Under the pieces are notes generated by a model. The model was not told the DNA's origin. It ran no database searches and worked only from the letters and a program-made list of their open reading frames with translations. Both the position numbers and the translations under genes were made by a program. Below, one piece after another: positions 9,325-18,705 of a DNA stretch of 48,230 bases (position 1 is the stretch's first letter; every line of letters starts with the position of its first letter). This DNA is from Klebsiella phage ST11-VIM1phi8.2, in the sequence record MK448234.1. The stretch is one strand, 5' to 3'.

Positions 9325-10163
9325 TCAGTTACTTCCTTTCTTATCCGCTGCACGTTTCTGTGCCTCTGCCCACTCAGCCCTCCAGGCATCATCGAGAGCC
9401 AGTATGGCTGCGTCAAACTCAATGCGGTCGATCAGGATGGTGCGCGATGCCAGGTAAAGCTCGATATCGTTCAGGGATAGAGGGAGCGGCACTCCGGCCA
9501 TGCCGGCATACTTCCTGCCGCGCGATATCATGGCGTAAGCGTTGAGGATCTCCCCAGTGACTGCATCGATTTCAGGCTCCTGAATGGGCGGGAGATTTAG
9601 TTTCTCCCTGCGCCACTTTGCTTTCTCGCCCTGCTCGCCGGCGAATTCCTTTAGCCACTTTTGGGCCTCTATGGCTTTTTTACGGTTTCCTGAGTCTGCT
9701 GCTCCTTACCCTGAGCAATATTCGCCGCCTCAGCCAGAATAAGCCAGTACAGAGAGGGGTTTTGCTTCAGTAACGCAACACCACGCTCCGGTGTATACGC
9801 TACCGCCGTCTCCGTACCATCCACCAGCTCCCCCACGCCTTCCCAGTCTTTCAGAAGAAAGCGCGCGCAATTGTCGATGAGAAGATCATCAACCGAGTCA
9901 ATCTCGCCCACACTGGCGAGATCGAAAGCATCCGTACCGACCTGGTAGCTCGCGTCCATTTTGTCGATATGGCGCCGCACCAGCGCATTGCGTGAGCGGT
10001 ATTGTGGATTCTCGCTACTGGCCACCAGCAGACGGAGTTTAAATAGCGCCTCGTCTTCCGGCGTGAATTTCTTTTTACTTCCTGCTGGCTTTTTGTAAGG
10101 GTAAAACCAGCGTTCTCCGTTCAAATCAATTTGAGAAGAAATAATCAGCATAAAGACTCCCAA
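9325..10163 (-). CDS. Tail assembly chaperone GT-like fusion, made by a -1 programmed frameshift at A_AAA_AAG (minus-strand positions 9681..9675)
   Basis: ORF 9325..9531 lies in the -1 frame relative to the G-like ORF and stays open upstream across the G stop. The canonical heptamer A AAA AAG sits 4 nt before the G stop. Confidence 0.55.
9669..10163 (-). CDS. Tail assembly chaperone (gpG-like)
   Basis: 164 aa acidic protein after the major tail gene. Ends ...ETVKKP with GTAAAAAAG at its 3' end. Confidence 0.6.
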   Translation of the reverse strand: MGVFMLIISSQIDLNGERWFYPYKKPAGSKKKFTPEDEALFKLRLLVASSENPQYRSRNALVRRHIDKMDASYQVGTDAFDLASVGEIDSVDDLLIDNCARFLLKDWEGVGELVDGTETAVAYTPERGVALLKQNPSLYWLILAEAANIAQGKEQQTQETVKKP

Positions 10164-10204
10164 AAAAGCCCGTTCCGCGATGACTGCAGAACGGGCCAGG
10201 TAAA

Positions 10205-11377
10205 TTAAGGCGCGGTAACGGTGATTTCAGACGTTGCGGTAAAGGTGCGGGCCTTACCGGTGATGGTTGCAGTACCGGCTGCGTTACGTGTGACTTTCGC
10301 TGTTTTCTGCCCGGTAGAAACCACGCTGGCGATAGTCGGATCCGATGACGTCCACTGGACGGTATCAGTTGAATCAGCTGGCGTAAGCGTGGCGGTTAAC
10401 GTCACAGTAGATCCCACTGCTCCAGTTGAAGTGGCTGGCGCAACACTGATTGCCGTCGCCGGCACTTTGGGAACGCGGGTGATAGTTGGCGGAGTATTGG
10501 CCGCGGTGATATCCAGCTGAACCTGAACAATGTCAGTGCTCCCCGCATCCGGCCAGTCGCCGGAGATCTGCACTTCCGGGAAATCGAAGGTATAGGCGCC
10601 TTCAGCATTCTCCAGCGTGAAGCTAAACGGCACCGTTTCGCCGGTGAACGTTTTTTTGTAAACCTCCCAGGCAGCCTTTGACCATGACAGCGTGATTTGA
10701 CCTGACGGGGTAAAGGTTGTCGGAATGTTTGCGCCGGCGAATGCCGAACCGGTACCAATGCAGCGCTGAGTCTGCATATTGTTGTTGAACTGGATGTTGA
10801 AGGTGTCGACGCAGAAACCTGTCCCGCCATCAACACCATTTAGCCGGATGTTCGTGACCTCTTTAAAGGAGTAACGCAGCGCCCCCGCTAAATCCACCGG
10901 CGCGGTGAAATAGCTGGTATCGTCCCCCTTCGTCTCCCAGTCCAGCCCTGCAAACGTAATGGTTGCAGTGATATCACCATCGGCCGGGATTTCCATCTGG
11001 AAGGTGCCAACCTGGCAACCGCGGGCAATCTGGGCGATCCCCACATCACTGGCAAAAGTCGCCACGGAGAACGTAATGCGACCATTACCCATCGTTAGCA
11101 CGTTATTTAGCCATTCGGAACCGAAGCAGCTGGCAAGAAAATCATCATGCTGGTTCCAGCGAAACCGCGTGCCGACATCGCCGCCGACATCCACTGTGCC
11201 GCGTGAAACACCTTGCGCCATGCGGTCACCAGCGATTTCGTCATTGTCGTTGGTGTTCTGCGTTGGTTTCAGACCAAATGAAGAACGACGCAGCAGGTTC
11301 CACGCCCCTGCTGTAGGCGTGATTCCTGGCGTTGTCTCGCGAATAAACGCGGCTACTACTTTTGCACCTGAGCTCAC
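10205..11377 (-). CDS. Major tail (tube) protein with C-terminal Ig-like (Big_2-type) domain
   Basis: 390 aa. Position like lambda gpV. C-terminal ~90 aa T/S/A-rich Ig-like repeat, as in gpV. Confidence 0.7.
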   Translation of the reverse strand: MSSGAKVVAAFIRETTPGITPTAGAWNLLRRSSFGLKPTQNTNDNDEIAGDRMAQGVSRGTVDVGGDVGTRFRWNQHDDFLASCFGSEWLNNVLTMGNGRITFSVATFASDVGIAQIARGCQVGTFQMEIPADGDITATITFAGLDWETKGDDTSYFTAPVDLAGALRYSFKEVTNIRLNGVDGGTGFCVDTFNIQFNNNMQTQRCIGTGSAFAGANIPTTFTPSGQITLSWSKAAWEVYKKTFTGETVPFSFTLENAEGAYTFDFPEVQISGDWPDAGSTDIVQVQLDITAANTPPTITRVPKVPATAISVAPATSTGAVGSTVTLTATLTPADSTDTVQWTSSDPTIASVVSTGQKTAKVTRNAAGTATITGKARTFTATSEITVTAP

Positions 11378-11400
11378 AGGAGCCTCCTGTTTTTTGTGCG

Positions 11401-11793
11401 CTACAGAGCGCGATAAGGAATTTGAAGATTGAGCTGTAACCAGCCATCGGTCTCACCCGCCGGCACAGCAGAAACAGCGAAATAACTCAGCTTTCCGTCA
11501 TCCTTAAACTCGAATAGCTCCGTTAGCTGATCGGCCGTTCGGGAGATAAGCAACGTCCCGGAACCGACCGGAACAAAAAGCTGAATGATGAGTAAGCCCG
11601 TCCTGTGGACTACCGGCCCGTCCCCGATCTCGGTTGCGCCAGCCTGCCCAGCAATGTTGGTTAGTCGGGCCCAGATATCGCGGTTACTGGGGTCAAATAC
11701 CGGGCCATTCGGATAATCCACCGCATCAGAGGCAATAGCGGTCTGTGCCGCCATTCGGGAAATGACAGCGTTTCTGATTTCTGTAAGGGTCAT
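11401..11793 (-). CDS. Tail terminator protein (gpU-like)
   Basis: 130 aa, immediately upstream of the major tail gene. Confidence 0.45.
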   Translation of the reverse strand: MTLTEIRNAVISRMAAQTAIASDAVDYPNGPVFDPSNRDIWARLTNIAGQAGATEIGDGPVVHRTGLLIIQLFVPVGSGTLLISRTADQLTELFEFKDDGKLSYFAVSAVPAGETDGWLQLNLQIPYRAL

Positions 11794-12425
11794 TTGTAGG
11801 CCTGAATAACACCATTAAACGAGACGGCATAGACGCCTGTCGGCGCCTGTGTTGAGTGGCCATTCTCCAGAGGCACGGAGTAAGGCAGGTTCGACTGGAT
11901 GTAAATCACCGAGTAGGCTGGCGCCTGGTCAATGATATTTTTGCCATTAAGAAACGTCATTGTCCCGCGCGGATCCGGTTCGGTCGGGACGGAATGATTA
12001 GGTTCGCCGATGCTGACGAAATGCGATGCCCTGAAGGTTCCTGCGCGATACTCAGCCGGCCGCCTGATATCCATGCTGTCATTAACACGGACTTTCTTTC
12101 TGAGACGGCCTGTCTTTGTCAGGTTGGCAGGATCGGCATAAAGAGATTCGTTCCATTCCCCAACAGCTTTGTTGTACTGAACCGCGGTCGCGTTAATGGC
12201 CCACAGCTCCGGGTTTCCTACCGGCGACCGCCGAACGATTTCATTCAGCAGCTGAATGGCGATTGTCCGCTGGCGTAGTTTGACATCTTCTGCCACCAGC
12301 CCGGCGAATGCCGCCGGGTCAATGTTCCAGCCCTTAGCCATATCACGCCCTCCGCAGTTGAATGGAGTACGCAGCGCCAGCAGAGTCGGCAGAAGCGGTG
12401 ATGACCTCGTAGCGCTGAAGCTCAC
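11790..12425 (-). CDS. Tail completion / neck protein (gpZ-like position)
   Basis: 211-aa ORF (a likely start is the Met at 12341). Located between the head-tail joining genes and the U-like gene. Confidence 0.4.
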   Translation of the reverse strand: MSFSATRSSPLLPTLLALRTPFNCGGRDMAKGWNIDPAAFAGLVAEDVKLRQRTIAIQLLNEIVRRSPVGNPELWAINATAVQYNKAVGEWNESLYADPANLTKTGRLRKKVRVNDSMDIRRPAEYRAGTFRASHFVSIGEPNHSVPTEPDPRGTMTFLNGKNIIDQAPAYSVIYIQSNLPYSVPLENGHSTQAPTGVYAVSFNGVIQAYK

Positions 12426-12726
12426 CCGTAACCGGATCCGGTGCGGTGATGATATGCCCGACGGCCGGCTTATCAGTCACCTCGTTAACCAGTGCGGTTA
12501 GCTTCACATCACCATGCAGAATGTTAACGCCATCGATACGGCGCAGCTTATAGCGCGCCAGTACTCCACGCCCCGAGTAAGTCACCTGCGTTTCAGTGCC
12601 GGTTTCCGTCACCGGGTCCCAGGCACCCCGAACGGTATATGACCCAGTGAAATCCTTAACGGCATCCTGCAGGTCGGTATCGAATGCCGCGGCGACTTCG
12701 GTTTGCAGCTCGTCACGAATGCCCAT
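12343..12726 (-). CDS. Head-tail joining protein (FII/gp10-like position)
   Basis: 127 aa from ATG 12726, which has a GGTGGG Shine-Dalgarno. The track ORF starts at an upstream TTG. Confidence 0.35.
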   Translation of the reverse strand: MGIRDELQTEVAAAFDTDLQDAVKDFTGSYTVRGAWDPVTETGTETQVTYSGRGVLARYKLRRIDGVNILHGDVKLTALVNEVTDKPAVGHIITAPDPVTGELQRYEVITASADSAGAAYSIQLRRA

Positions 12727-12946
12727 TGCACCCACCAATACGCTGCTGAGGTTTAACGATCACTGTACCGTGGAGTTTGCGGGTATAAATTTCGCCATTG
12801 CGCTTAACCCGCAGCGGGAGCGGAGCAAACTCTACAACACCCTTTGCCTGGTTTGCGTAAACGACATGTCTGATCGGGTTTCCATTCACAAACACATCGC
12901 GGGGACCGAGCCCGTCGCCGGCATAATGCACATATGGATTTTGCAT
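12713..12946 (-). CDS. Small head-tail joining protein (hypothetical)
   Basis: 77 aa. Overlaps the next gene by 14 nt. Confidence 0.3.
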   Translation of the reverse strand: MQNPYVHYAGDGLGPRDVFVNGNPIRHVVYANQAKGVVEFAPLPLRVKRNGEIYTRKLHGTVIVKPQQRIGGCNGHS

Positions 12947-12955
12947 GTTACCCCC

Positions 12956-13210
12956 TTACCGCCGCTCAATATGAGCATGGATAAAGTCGGTTTTAAGCGA
13001 CTCCATAGCGCCAACCATCACATAGGGGCGTCCACCGTTATGCCAGCAATCAATCGCGTTACCCTCATCATCAAGCAGTATCACTGCGACACTGTGGCAG
13101 CCGCCGTTTTCGGCTCTCTCCAGAGCCTGTTTCAGCAGGCGAATAACCTGGTCGTTATCGAGGCTGTGATGGCTGGGCTTTTGAAATGGGACCACCTTCA
13201 AATCGGACAT
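12956..13210 (-). CDS. Hypothetical protein in the head-tail joining block
   Basis: 84-aa ORF co-oriented and tightly packed with its neighbours. Confidence 0.3.
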   Translation of the reverse strand: MSDLKVVPFQKPSHHSLDNDQVIRLLKQALERAENGGCHSVAVILLDDEGNAIDCWHNGGRPYVMVGAMESLKTDFIHAHIERR

Positions 13211-13211
13211 A

Positions 13212-13676
13212 TCACGCCCTCACAAAGAACGTCTGGAAAGGGTTAATCATCCACGGTTTGAGCATATCCAGCGCCAGCTGCAAATCAGGATCGAGTAATT
13301 CAGTGCTGGTGGTTGAAAGCTCGGCAAAAGTGCGGGAAACCTTCACATCGTCGGCCTCAACGCTTTTGCTCGTCACCACGCCGGAATCTGTTTTTTGCTG
13401 ATACAGATTGCCTGCAGCGGCTACGGAAGCGATAAACGCTCCGGCTTGCTTAACTTCTTCAGGAATATGCTCCGGGTCGATATCCTGAAGGTTAAGCGCC
13501 GTCATCCAGGTGTTTGCCTGGAGCACGGCTTTACCCTTTTTGTCGGCGGCAGTCCAGGTATCCCCCAGCAACTCGTCAACGTCCTGGATTGTTATATAAA
13601 CGGTCATCGGATCCTCACCAAAAGAAACGGGGCTTTCGCCCCGTCGGTTAACCACCCGCAGGAGCAGTGAACGCAA
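13212..13676 (-). CDS. Head-tail connector / adaptor protein (gp6-like)
   Basis: 154-aa ORF (a probable start is the Met at ~13607). Immediately after the capsid/decoration genes. Confidence 0.45.
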   Translation of the reverse strand: MRSLLLRVVNRRGESPVSFGEDPMTVYITIQDVDELLGDTWTAADKKGKAVLQANTWMTALNLQDIDPEHIPEEVKQAGAFIASVAAAGNLYQQKTDSGVVTSKSVEADDVKVSRTFAELSTTSTELLDPDLQLALDMLKPWMINPFQTFFVRA

Positions 13677-13920
13677 TCGCTTCAGTTGTTTTCACCACAC
13701 CGTCAACGGTAGCCGTCACCGTGAAGGAGCCGGCCGTAGGAGAGGTGAGTTTCACCGTCGAGCCACCAGCAGACCCTGTCTGTGACGTCGAAGCACTTAG
13801 CGTGCCGCCTGTAGACGTCCACGCCACAGATGCCCCGGAGACTCCTGCACCATTTCTGGTGTACTTGAGCGAAACGGTCACCGCGTCGGTACTGTCAGCA
13901 GTTGCGGAAGTTTTATCCAC
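13648..13920 (-). CDS. Ig-like (Big_2) domain protein: head decoration, or a C-terminal extension of the capsid via -1 frameshift
   Basis: 90 aa T/S/G-rich beta-sandwich-like sequence. Starts with GTG 8 nt after the capsid stop, in the -1 frame relative to the capsid gene. Confidence 0.5.
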   Translation of the reverse strand: MDKTSATADSTDAVTVSLKYTRNGAGVSGASVAWTSTGGTLSASTSQTGSAGGSTVKLTSPTAGSFTVTATVDGVVKTTEAIAFTAPAGG

Positions 13921-13928
13921 TGACAGGG

Positions 13929-14882
13929 TTACTCCCCCGCAGGGGCTTCCAGCTTAATCAGTACGCCTGCAGTGGATTTGTTACTGGTGAAATGTTTCTT
14001 CCAGTTCGCGCCGGTGCCGATTTTGGTCAGGTCAGGGTTAGCGCCCTTCGTCTCATCCCAGCTGTAACCCAACAGTTCAACGTTGACCGTACCCTCTGCG
14101 CGATAGCCAATGGCAAGGTTTTCCTGGTCGTTGATATCGTAGGAACGGAAGCCCGGAGCCTGTGATTCCGTTACGGATACCGCGCCGGCCACCAGCCCCA
14201 GAATCGCATCAACTGGCATGGTGTCAGTTACCAGCACCGGTTTACCCAACGTGCCTGGCTGTCCGCCATAAACCACCACGCCAGCTTCTTCGTAAATTTT
14301 GTTGTCGATAGCCTGATCAACAATGTCGAAATAGGTCGTGGAATGCATAACGAACAGCGCAACACGGTTAAATTTATCGCCGTATTTACGCAGGCCACGG
14401 GTCAGCGTTTTCTTACCATCAGTGGCAATATCCGCGGATACCGTCATGTCAGCATTTGCGCCAATGGCTGCAACAAGACCCTGTAGGGCATACTTGATAT
14501 AACCTTCAAGCGTTGCATCAGCGACGTCGACGCCGATCACCTCGGAGAATTCGCTAACGTCGCGACCCCGACGTTTAAACGCCTCCTCAGTGGTTTCATA
14601 CGGGCCGTATTTCCACGGCGCCTTAACGCTGACAGATTCACCGGCACCGATTTTTTTACCCGTTACCGGGTCGGTGGAGTTAACGTTGCGCGATTCGATA
14701 GAACCACCAACTTTATAGAAGGTGCGCTTGCGAAAATCACCCTCGATCAGTTCGTTGTCGAGAATGATTGCGCCGTTTGAAGCGGCGTTGAAGACTTCCA
14801 GATTATCCTGGCGACGCTCAAGAAACGCAGTCTGCGCGAGGTCGTCATAGATAATCAGGTCACTGTTTACGGTCGTAGGCAT
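13929..14882 (-). CDS. Major capsid protein (HK97 fold)
   Basis: 317 aa. Follows the scaffold gene. Typical size and composition. Confidence 0.75.
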   Translation of the reverse strand: MPTTVNSDLIIYDDLAQTAFLERRQDNLEVFNAASNGAIILDNELIEGDFRKRTFYKVGGSIESRNVNSTDPVTGKKIGAGESVSVKAPWKYGPYETTEEAFKRRGRDVSEFSEVIGVDVADATLEGYIKYALQGLVAAIGANADMTVSADIATDGKKTLTRGLRKYGDKFNRVALFVMHSTTYFDIVDQAIDNKIYEEAGVVVYGGQPGTLGKPVLVTDTMPVDAILGLVAGAVSVTESQAPGFRSYDINDQENLAIGYRAEGTVNVELLGYSWDETKGANPDLTKIGTGANWKKHFTSNKSTAGVLIKLEAPAGE

Positions 14883-14892
14883 TGATTAGTCC

Positions 14893-15678
14893 TTACTTAG
14901 GCAATTTGAGATAGGCCTGCTGGCCATGTTTGCGGATGTAGTCCGCTTTGTCGCTTGAGCTCATTTCTGAACGTTTCAGACTACCGCCACCGCCACCGGG
15001 TTTATGACCACCAGCCCCGGAGCCTTCGGCGCGCGGGAACAGGTGCGGGGCCGTCTCTTTCAGAGATTCAGCCCACTCAACCGGGGTGAGCGGAGTTTTG
15101 CCGTCTTTACCGAACAGAACATCGCCATTTGCATCAACTGCTACGGCCTCGCCTTCGTCGTTGAGCTGGAATGTGCCTTTAGCACGAAGAATCAGATCGT
15201 CGGATGCTTCTGGCAGCGCGCCTGCCTTAAGCGCTGCACTGCGGATAGCATCACCCAGGACACGATCACGGAATTTGTTGGAGAACGCTTCCGCCTTTTC
15301 AGCGCGTTCATTAGCGGCTTTGATTTGCTTATCAACATCAGCACGTAGCCGCTCAGTGCGTTTATCCAGTACCTCGTCAATTTTCCCGGCGGCGATCAGT
15401 TGCGCCTCTTCATCATCAGAGAAACGCTGGAGAATAGTTTTCACCGCGTCAGGATCGATACCTTCAAAACGCTTAAGCGACTCAGTGGACTCTTTGAGCT
15501 TACCAAGCAGCTCGCTATTTTTATTTTTCAGGCCAGAAACCTGAGCGCTGACTTGCTCATCGATCAACTTCTGGATTTCCGGCGTAATCTCAGGCGCTCC
15601 GCCGCCGGAACCGCCACCTTCACCACCTTCGCTGCCAGCTGCCGAATAATATTTAATGAGCATGTTACGAATAAGCAT
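14893..15678 (-). CDS. Scaffolding protein
   Basis: 261 aa, helical and charged, with Gly-rich termini. Between the head morphogenesis and capsid genes. Confidence 0.65.
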   Translation of the reverse strand: MLIRNMLIKYYSAAGSEGGEGGGSGGGAPEITPEIQKLIDEQVSAQVSGLKNKNSELLGKLKESTESLKRFEGIDPDAVKTILQRFSDDEEAQLIAAGKIDEVLDKRTERLRADVDKQIKAANERAEKAEAFSNKFRDRVLGDAIRSAALKAGALPEASDDLILRAKGTFQLNDEGEAVAVDANGDVLFGKDGKTPLTPVEWAESLKETAPHLFPRAEGSGAGGHKPGGGGGSLKRSEMSSSDKADYIRKHGQQAYLKLPK

Positions 15679-15791
15679 GTTGTCCCCTTGGGATAGTAAC
15701 TGTGGGCCTGGCCCAATAAAAAAGGCCGCCCTTAGGCAGCCTGTTGTAAATTTCAGATAATAAAAAAGCCGCGCTAAGGCGACCTCTTCAT

Positions 15792-15968
15792 TTAGCTATT
15801 TTCTAGCATGTATTCTTTTGCATCTTTAATGGCTTTATCCATTCTCTGCAAAGAAGACTTTGGCTCTGCAATGCTTCGCACTGTGCAAATCTCTTTAATG
15901 AGCCCTCTTGCGATTACCAGCTCTTCATACAGGCTTGCAATAAGGTCTCTTTGTTTTTGTGAATCCAT
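15792..15968 (-). CDS. Small helical protein (58 aa) in a moron-like unit flanked by terminator hairpins
   Basis: ATG at 15968, TAA at 15794. Not in the ORF track because it is under 60 aa. AT-rich. Two minus-strand hairpins with T-tracts lie at ~15718-15780. Confidence 0.35.
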   Translation of the reverse strand: MDSQKQRDLIASLYEELVIARGLIKEICTVRSIAEPKSSLQRMDKAIKDAKEYMLENS

Positions 15969-16208
15969 AACAACCTCGTCTCGTTGCTTGTCGGGTTATT
16001 GGTGGTAGGCGGTGACGATTCCGCTTTTCGGGAGCGACCCTAGCCACTGACAATACAATTAGGTGTGGTGGCCGGTGCTGCCACGGCATTCTGATACTTC
16101 AGAACGGCGGGGACTCACCGAAGTGAGTCTGGTTTCCGGCTTGCCCGTTTCTCACGGGACGCTTTGGCGCGCAGGTCAGCATCCTGCATTCACCACGAAT
16201 TTACTCTA

Positions 16209-17333
16209 TCACACTCTGGCATCCTTAAACGCCTGCGCGTCACGGTTGCGCAATTGGTCAAGCGTCAGCCACTCGCCCCTGTCGTTGTAGAACTCATCGG
16301 GAGACATGCCGCCATCACGAATCAGCCTGGCGCGCGTTTCTCCGACAATCTCAGCTTGTCGCGTGAACGACTGCCGGGAGAGCCAGTCCTGGTAAGTCGT
16401 ATCAGCCGGAACCTGTCCATCCATACTGGCGCGCGAGCTGTCCTTGATTTCGCCGACTTTGATACCCAATTCCTCGGACGATTTCAGTATGTATGTTTCG
16501 GTGCTACGACAGCAAAAGTGGATTTTCCCCGGTCCCTGCAAATAAGGCACCTTGTGCCCTATCGGTTTGTTATCCAGCGTGTACTTGAGGCGGTCGCGGA
16601 TCCGACAATCCTTTGATGTCCGGTTATCCAAAGTGGATAACCACTGCTTACCCTTCAGAATGTGGTCGTTCGCCGACGCAAAGCTTTGTCTTGCTGTTGA
16701 TGCAAGATGCCCTACTGCTGTTTTCGCTATGCTGGCCGCATTGGCCCGGCTCATCTGAAGCGCACCATCCTGGTAGCCGCGGTTAGCATGTCCACGAACC
16801 TTTTTTGCGATCTGCTCATGCGTATCGCCCAGGAGAAAACCCTGCCGCACCGTATTGGATATGCGCGCCATACGATCAGCTTCGAGGTTGCTGGCCCATT
16901 CGCTTAGCAACCGCCCCTGAAATGGACGCGCCATCGCCGCGGCATAAACTGCATCCGGGGAGATGCCAACCAGTGGATGAAGAGCCAGAACATCGTCGGG
17001 AATGGCAAACTGGAAGAGGCTCATCTGAAAACTGGCCTCATGCTTCGCCAGCTCCTGCAGCTCGGTAGAGAGGGCTGCATACATGGACTGTATGGCATCC
17101 TTGTTTATGGCCCTGACACTGACCAGTAACGCTTCCAGACGCGAAACGGTAAAGCTCTCGGGATCCAGCGTATCGATAGCCACCAGCAGCCTGGCGGTAA
17201 GTTCGGCGTCGCTGTCATTCAGAACTTTTATCATCCTGTTGGCAACGCCGGTGCTGTAGCGACTAACCCATATAGCGTGGGCTATGGATTCATCCTGCAG
17301 TTTGTCATTCGCCGTTGCCATTATTGCCACCAA
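16209..17333 (-). CDS. Head morphogenesis protein (Mu gpF / SPP1 gp7 family)
   Basis: 374 aa with an H-x-x-C-R-C-type motif (HFCCRST). Follows the portal gene. Confidence 0.75.
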   Translation of the reverse strand: MVAIMATANDKLQDESIAHAIWVSRYSTGVANRMIKVLNDSDAELTARLLVAIDTLDPESFTVSRLEALLVSVRAINKDAIQSMYAALSTELQELAKHEASFQMSLFQFAIPDDVLALHPLVGISPDAVYAAAMARPFQGRLLSEWASNLEADRMARISNTVRQGFLLGDTHEQIAKKVRGHANRGYQDGALQMSRANAASIAKTAVGHLASTARQSFASANDHILKGKQWLSTLDNRTSKDCRIRDRLKYTLDNKPIGHKVPYLQGPGKIHFCCRSTETYILKSSEELGIKVGEIKDSSRASMDGQVPADTTYQDWLSRQSFTRQAEIVGETRARLIRDGGMSPDEFYNDRGEWLTLDQLRNRDAQAFKDARV

Positions 17334-18705
17334 TCAGGTTAGGCGCGCCGTTACGAATAGCGTCAATGACAGTTTCAGGGTCGTCAGCAGGATCTATCAA
17401 GTCAAGCCTCTGCAGAGCTCTGACCATATCCGTGTCGCGAATCGCACCGGACTGCCAGGCATTGACGATTGCCGTTACCATGCCGGATTCAGCGACTTTG
17501 GCGATAAACTCCTGATTGATGCTGTAACGGTATTCCTCGCCTTTTATGCCGAGATATCTGGCGCACCAGCCGAGCGCCAGCGTATAGGCCTCCGAGACAT
17601 TGGAAACGCAAATGCCGAGCACCGATGTGGATGCGGTTTGCTCGCCGCTGGATTGCGTGGCGGTTTTAACCGCGCCGTTCTGCTCGATAAGCCGGGCGCC
17701 AAGCTGAACAGAATAATCACGCTTACTGTCCATCGCCTCTTTAGCCAGGGTGTTTGGTTGCGCCTGAGCATAGGTAAAACTCCCCTCCTTCGGCAGCAGG
17801 AATGGAGAACGAGAACCGACACGAATTCCCTTATCCTGCAGCCAGTCACGCCAGGCGGTATCAAGACCGGAAATCACCGGCTGAACCTGACCGCAGAAAA
17901 ATACGCTGTCTTCGTAATCCGCCGAATTTCGATAATGACCAAGGTTAATTTCAACGAGGGCGGCTAAAGGCGACTCGTCGATGCTGGGATCGTTATTTTG
18001 TGCGCCAACGAAGGTAAAGGGGATCTCATCCCAAAAATCCTCACCTTTAGGCTTCGGGTGATACTCAGAATCGACAGAAAAAGACCCTGCATCGGCCGAC
18101 TTTCGCCACACCCTGCAGATAAACTTGCCATCCTCCAGGGCAAGTTCCCGATACTGGATTTCATCCTTGTACGCAAAACCATCTTCCTTTTCCATGCATT
18201 CGCGTAAAACCACCAGCACCAGTTGATCACGTCCATTGATACGTTTGGTACGCCAGTTAATGATGTTCTCCGCCTGATAGCGAAGGATAATCGCCTCATC
18301 AGTCCCAGCTGCATAATCCGTATACAGCCCCTCGCGCGCGGCTTCCAGAATATTTTCTGTAACCTGCTGGGACTGCTGATAGATACTGGCACCAGCACCA
18401 TCGGCGTTATCACGAAGATAATTCAGCTTATCCGGCGCGGTCATGGTAGGGTCTTTTCGGAATGCCAGCCCCAGCAAACCCACTTTTGTATTGCCCGTTA
18501 TCGCGTAGAAAACGGCGCGCTGAATGTAATCGGCATTGCGCTTTTTATTGCGAGCAGACTTATCGGAGGGATCCAGAAAAGGGAGGTATTCATTCCCGGC
18601 GGCCTTTACAGCATCAGCCCCTTTGCACAAGTCACGAATTTTTTTCCACACGGGCATCGCCGCCCTGACCTCAGGGCGGACGTAAGTAATATCATTATTG
18701 GCCAT
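17305..18705 (-). CDS. Portal protein
   Basis: 466 aa, directly after the large terminase (ATGA overlap at 18705). Confidence 0.7.
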   Translation of the reverse strand: MANNDITYVRPEVRAAMPVWKKIRDLCKGADAVKAAGNEYLPFLDPSDKSARNKKRNADYIQRAVFYAITGNTKVGLLGLAFRKDPTMTAPDKLNYLRDNADGAGASIYQQSQQVTENILEAAREGLYTDYAAGTDEAIILRYQAENIINWRTKRINGRDQLVLVVLRECMEKEDGFAYKDEIQYRELALEDGKFICRVWRKSADAGSFSVDSEYHPKPKGEDFWDEIPFTFVGAQNNDPSIDESPLAALVEINLGHYRNSADYEDSVFFCGQVQPVISGLDTAWRDWLQDKGIRVGSRSPFLLPKEGSFTYAQAQPNTLAKEAMDSKRDYSVQLGARLIEQNGAVKTATQSSGEQTASTSVLGICVSNVSEAYTLALGWCARYLGIKGEEYRYSINQEFIAKVAESGMVTAIVNAWQSGAIRDTDMVRALQRLDLIDPADDPETVIDAIRNGAPNLIGGNNGNGE

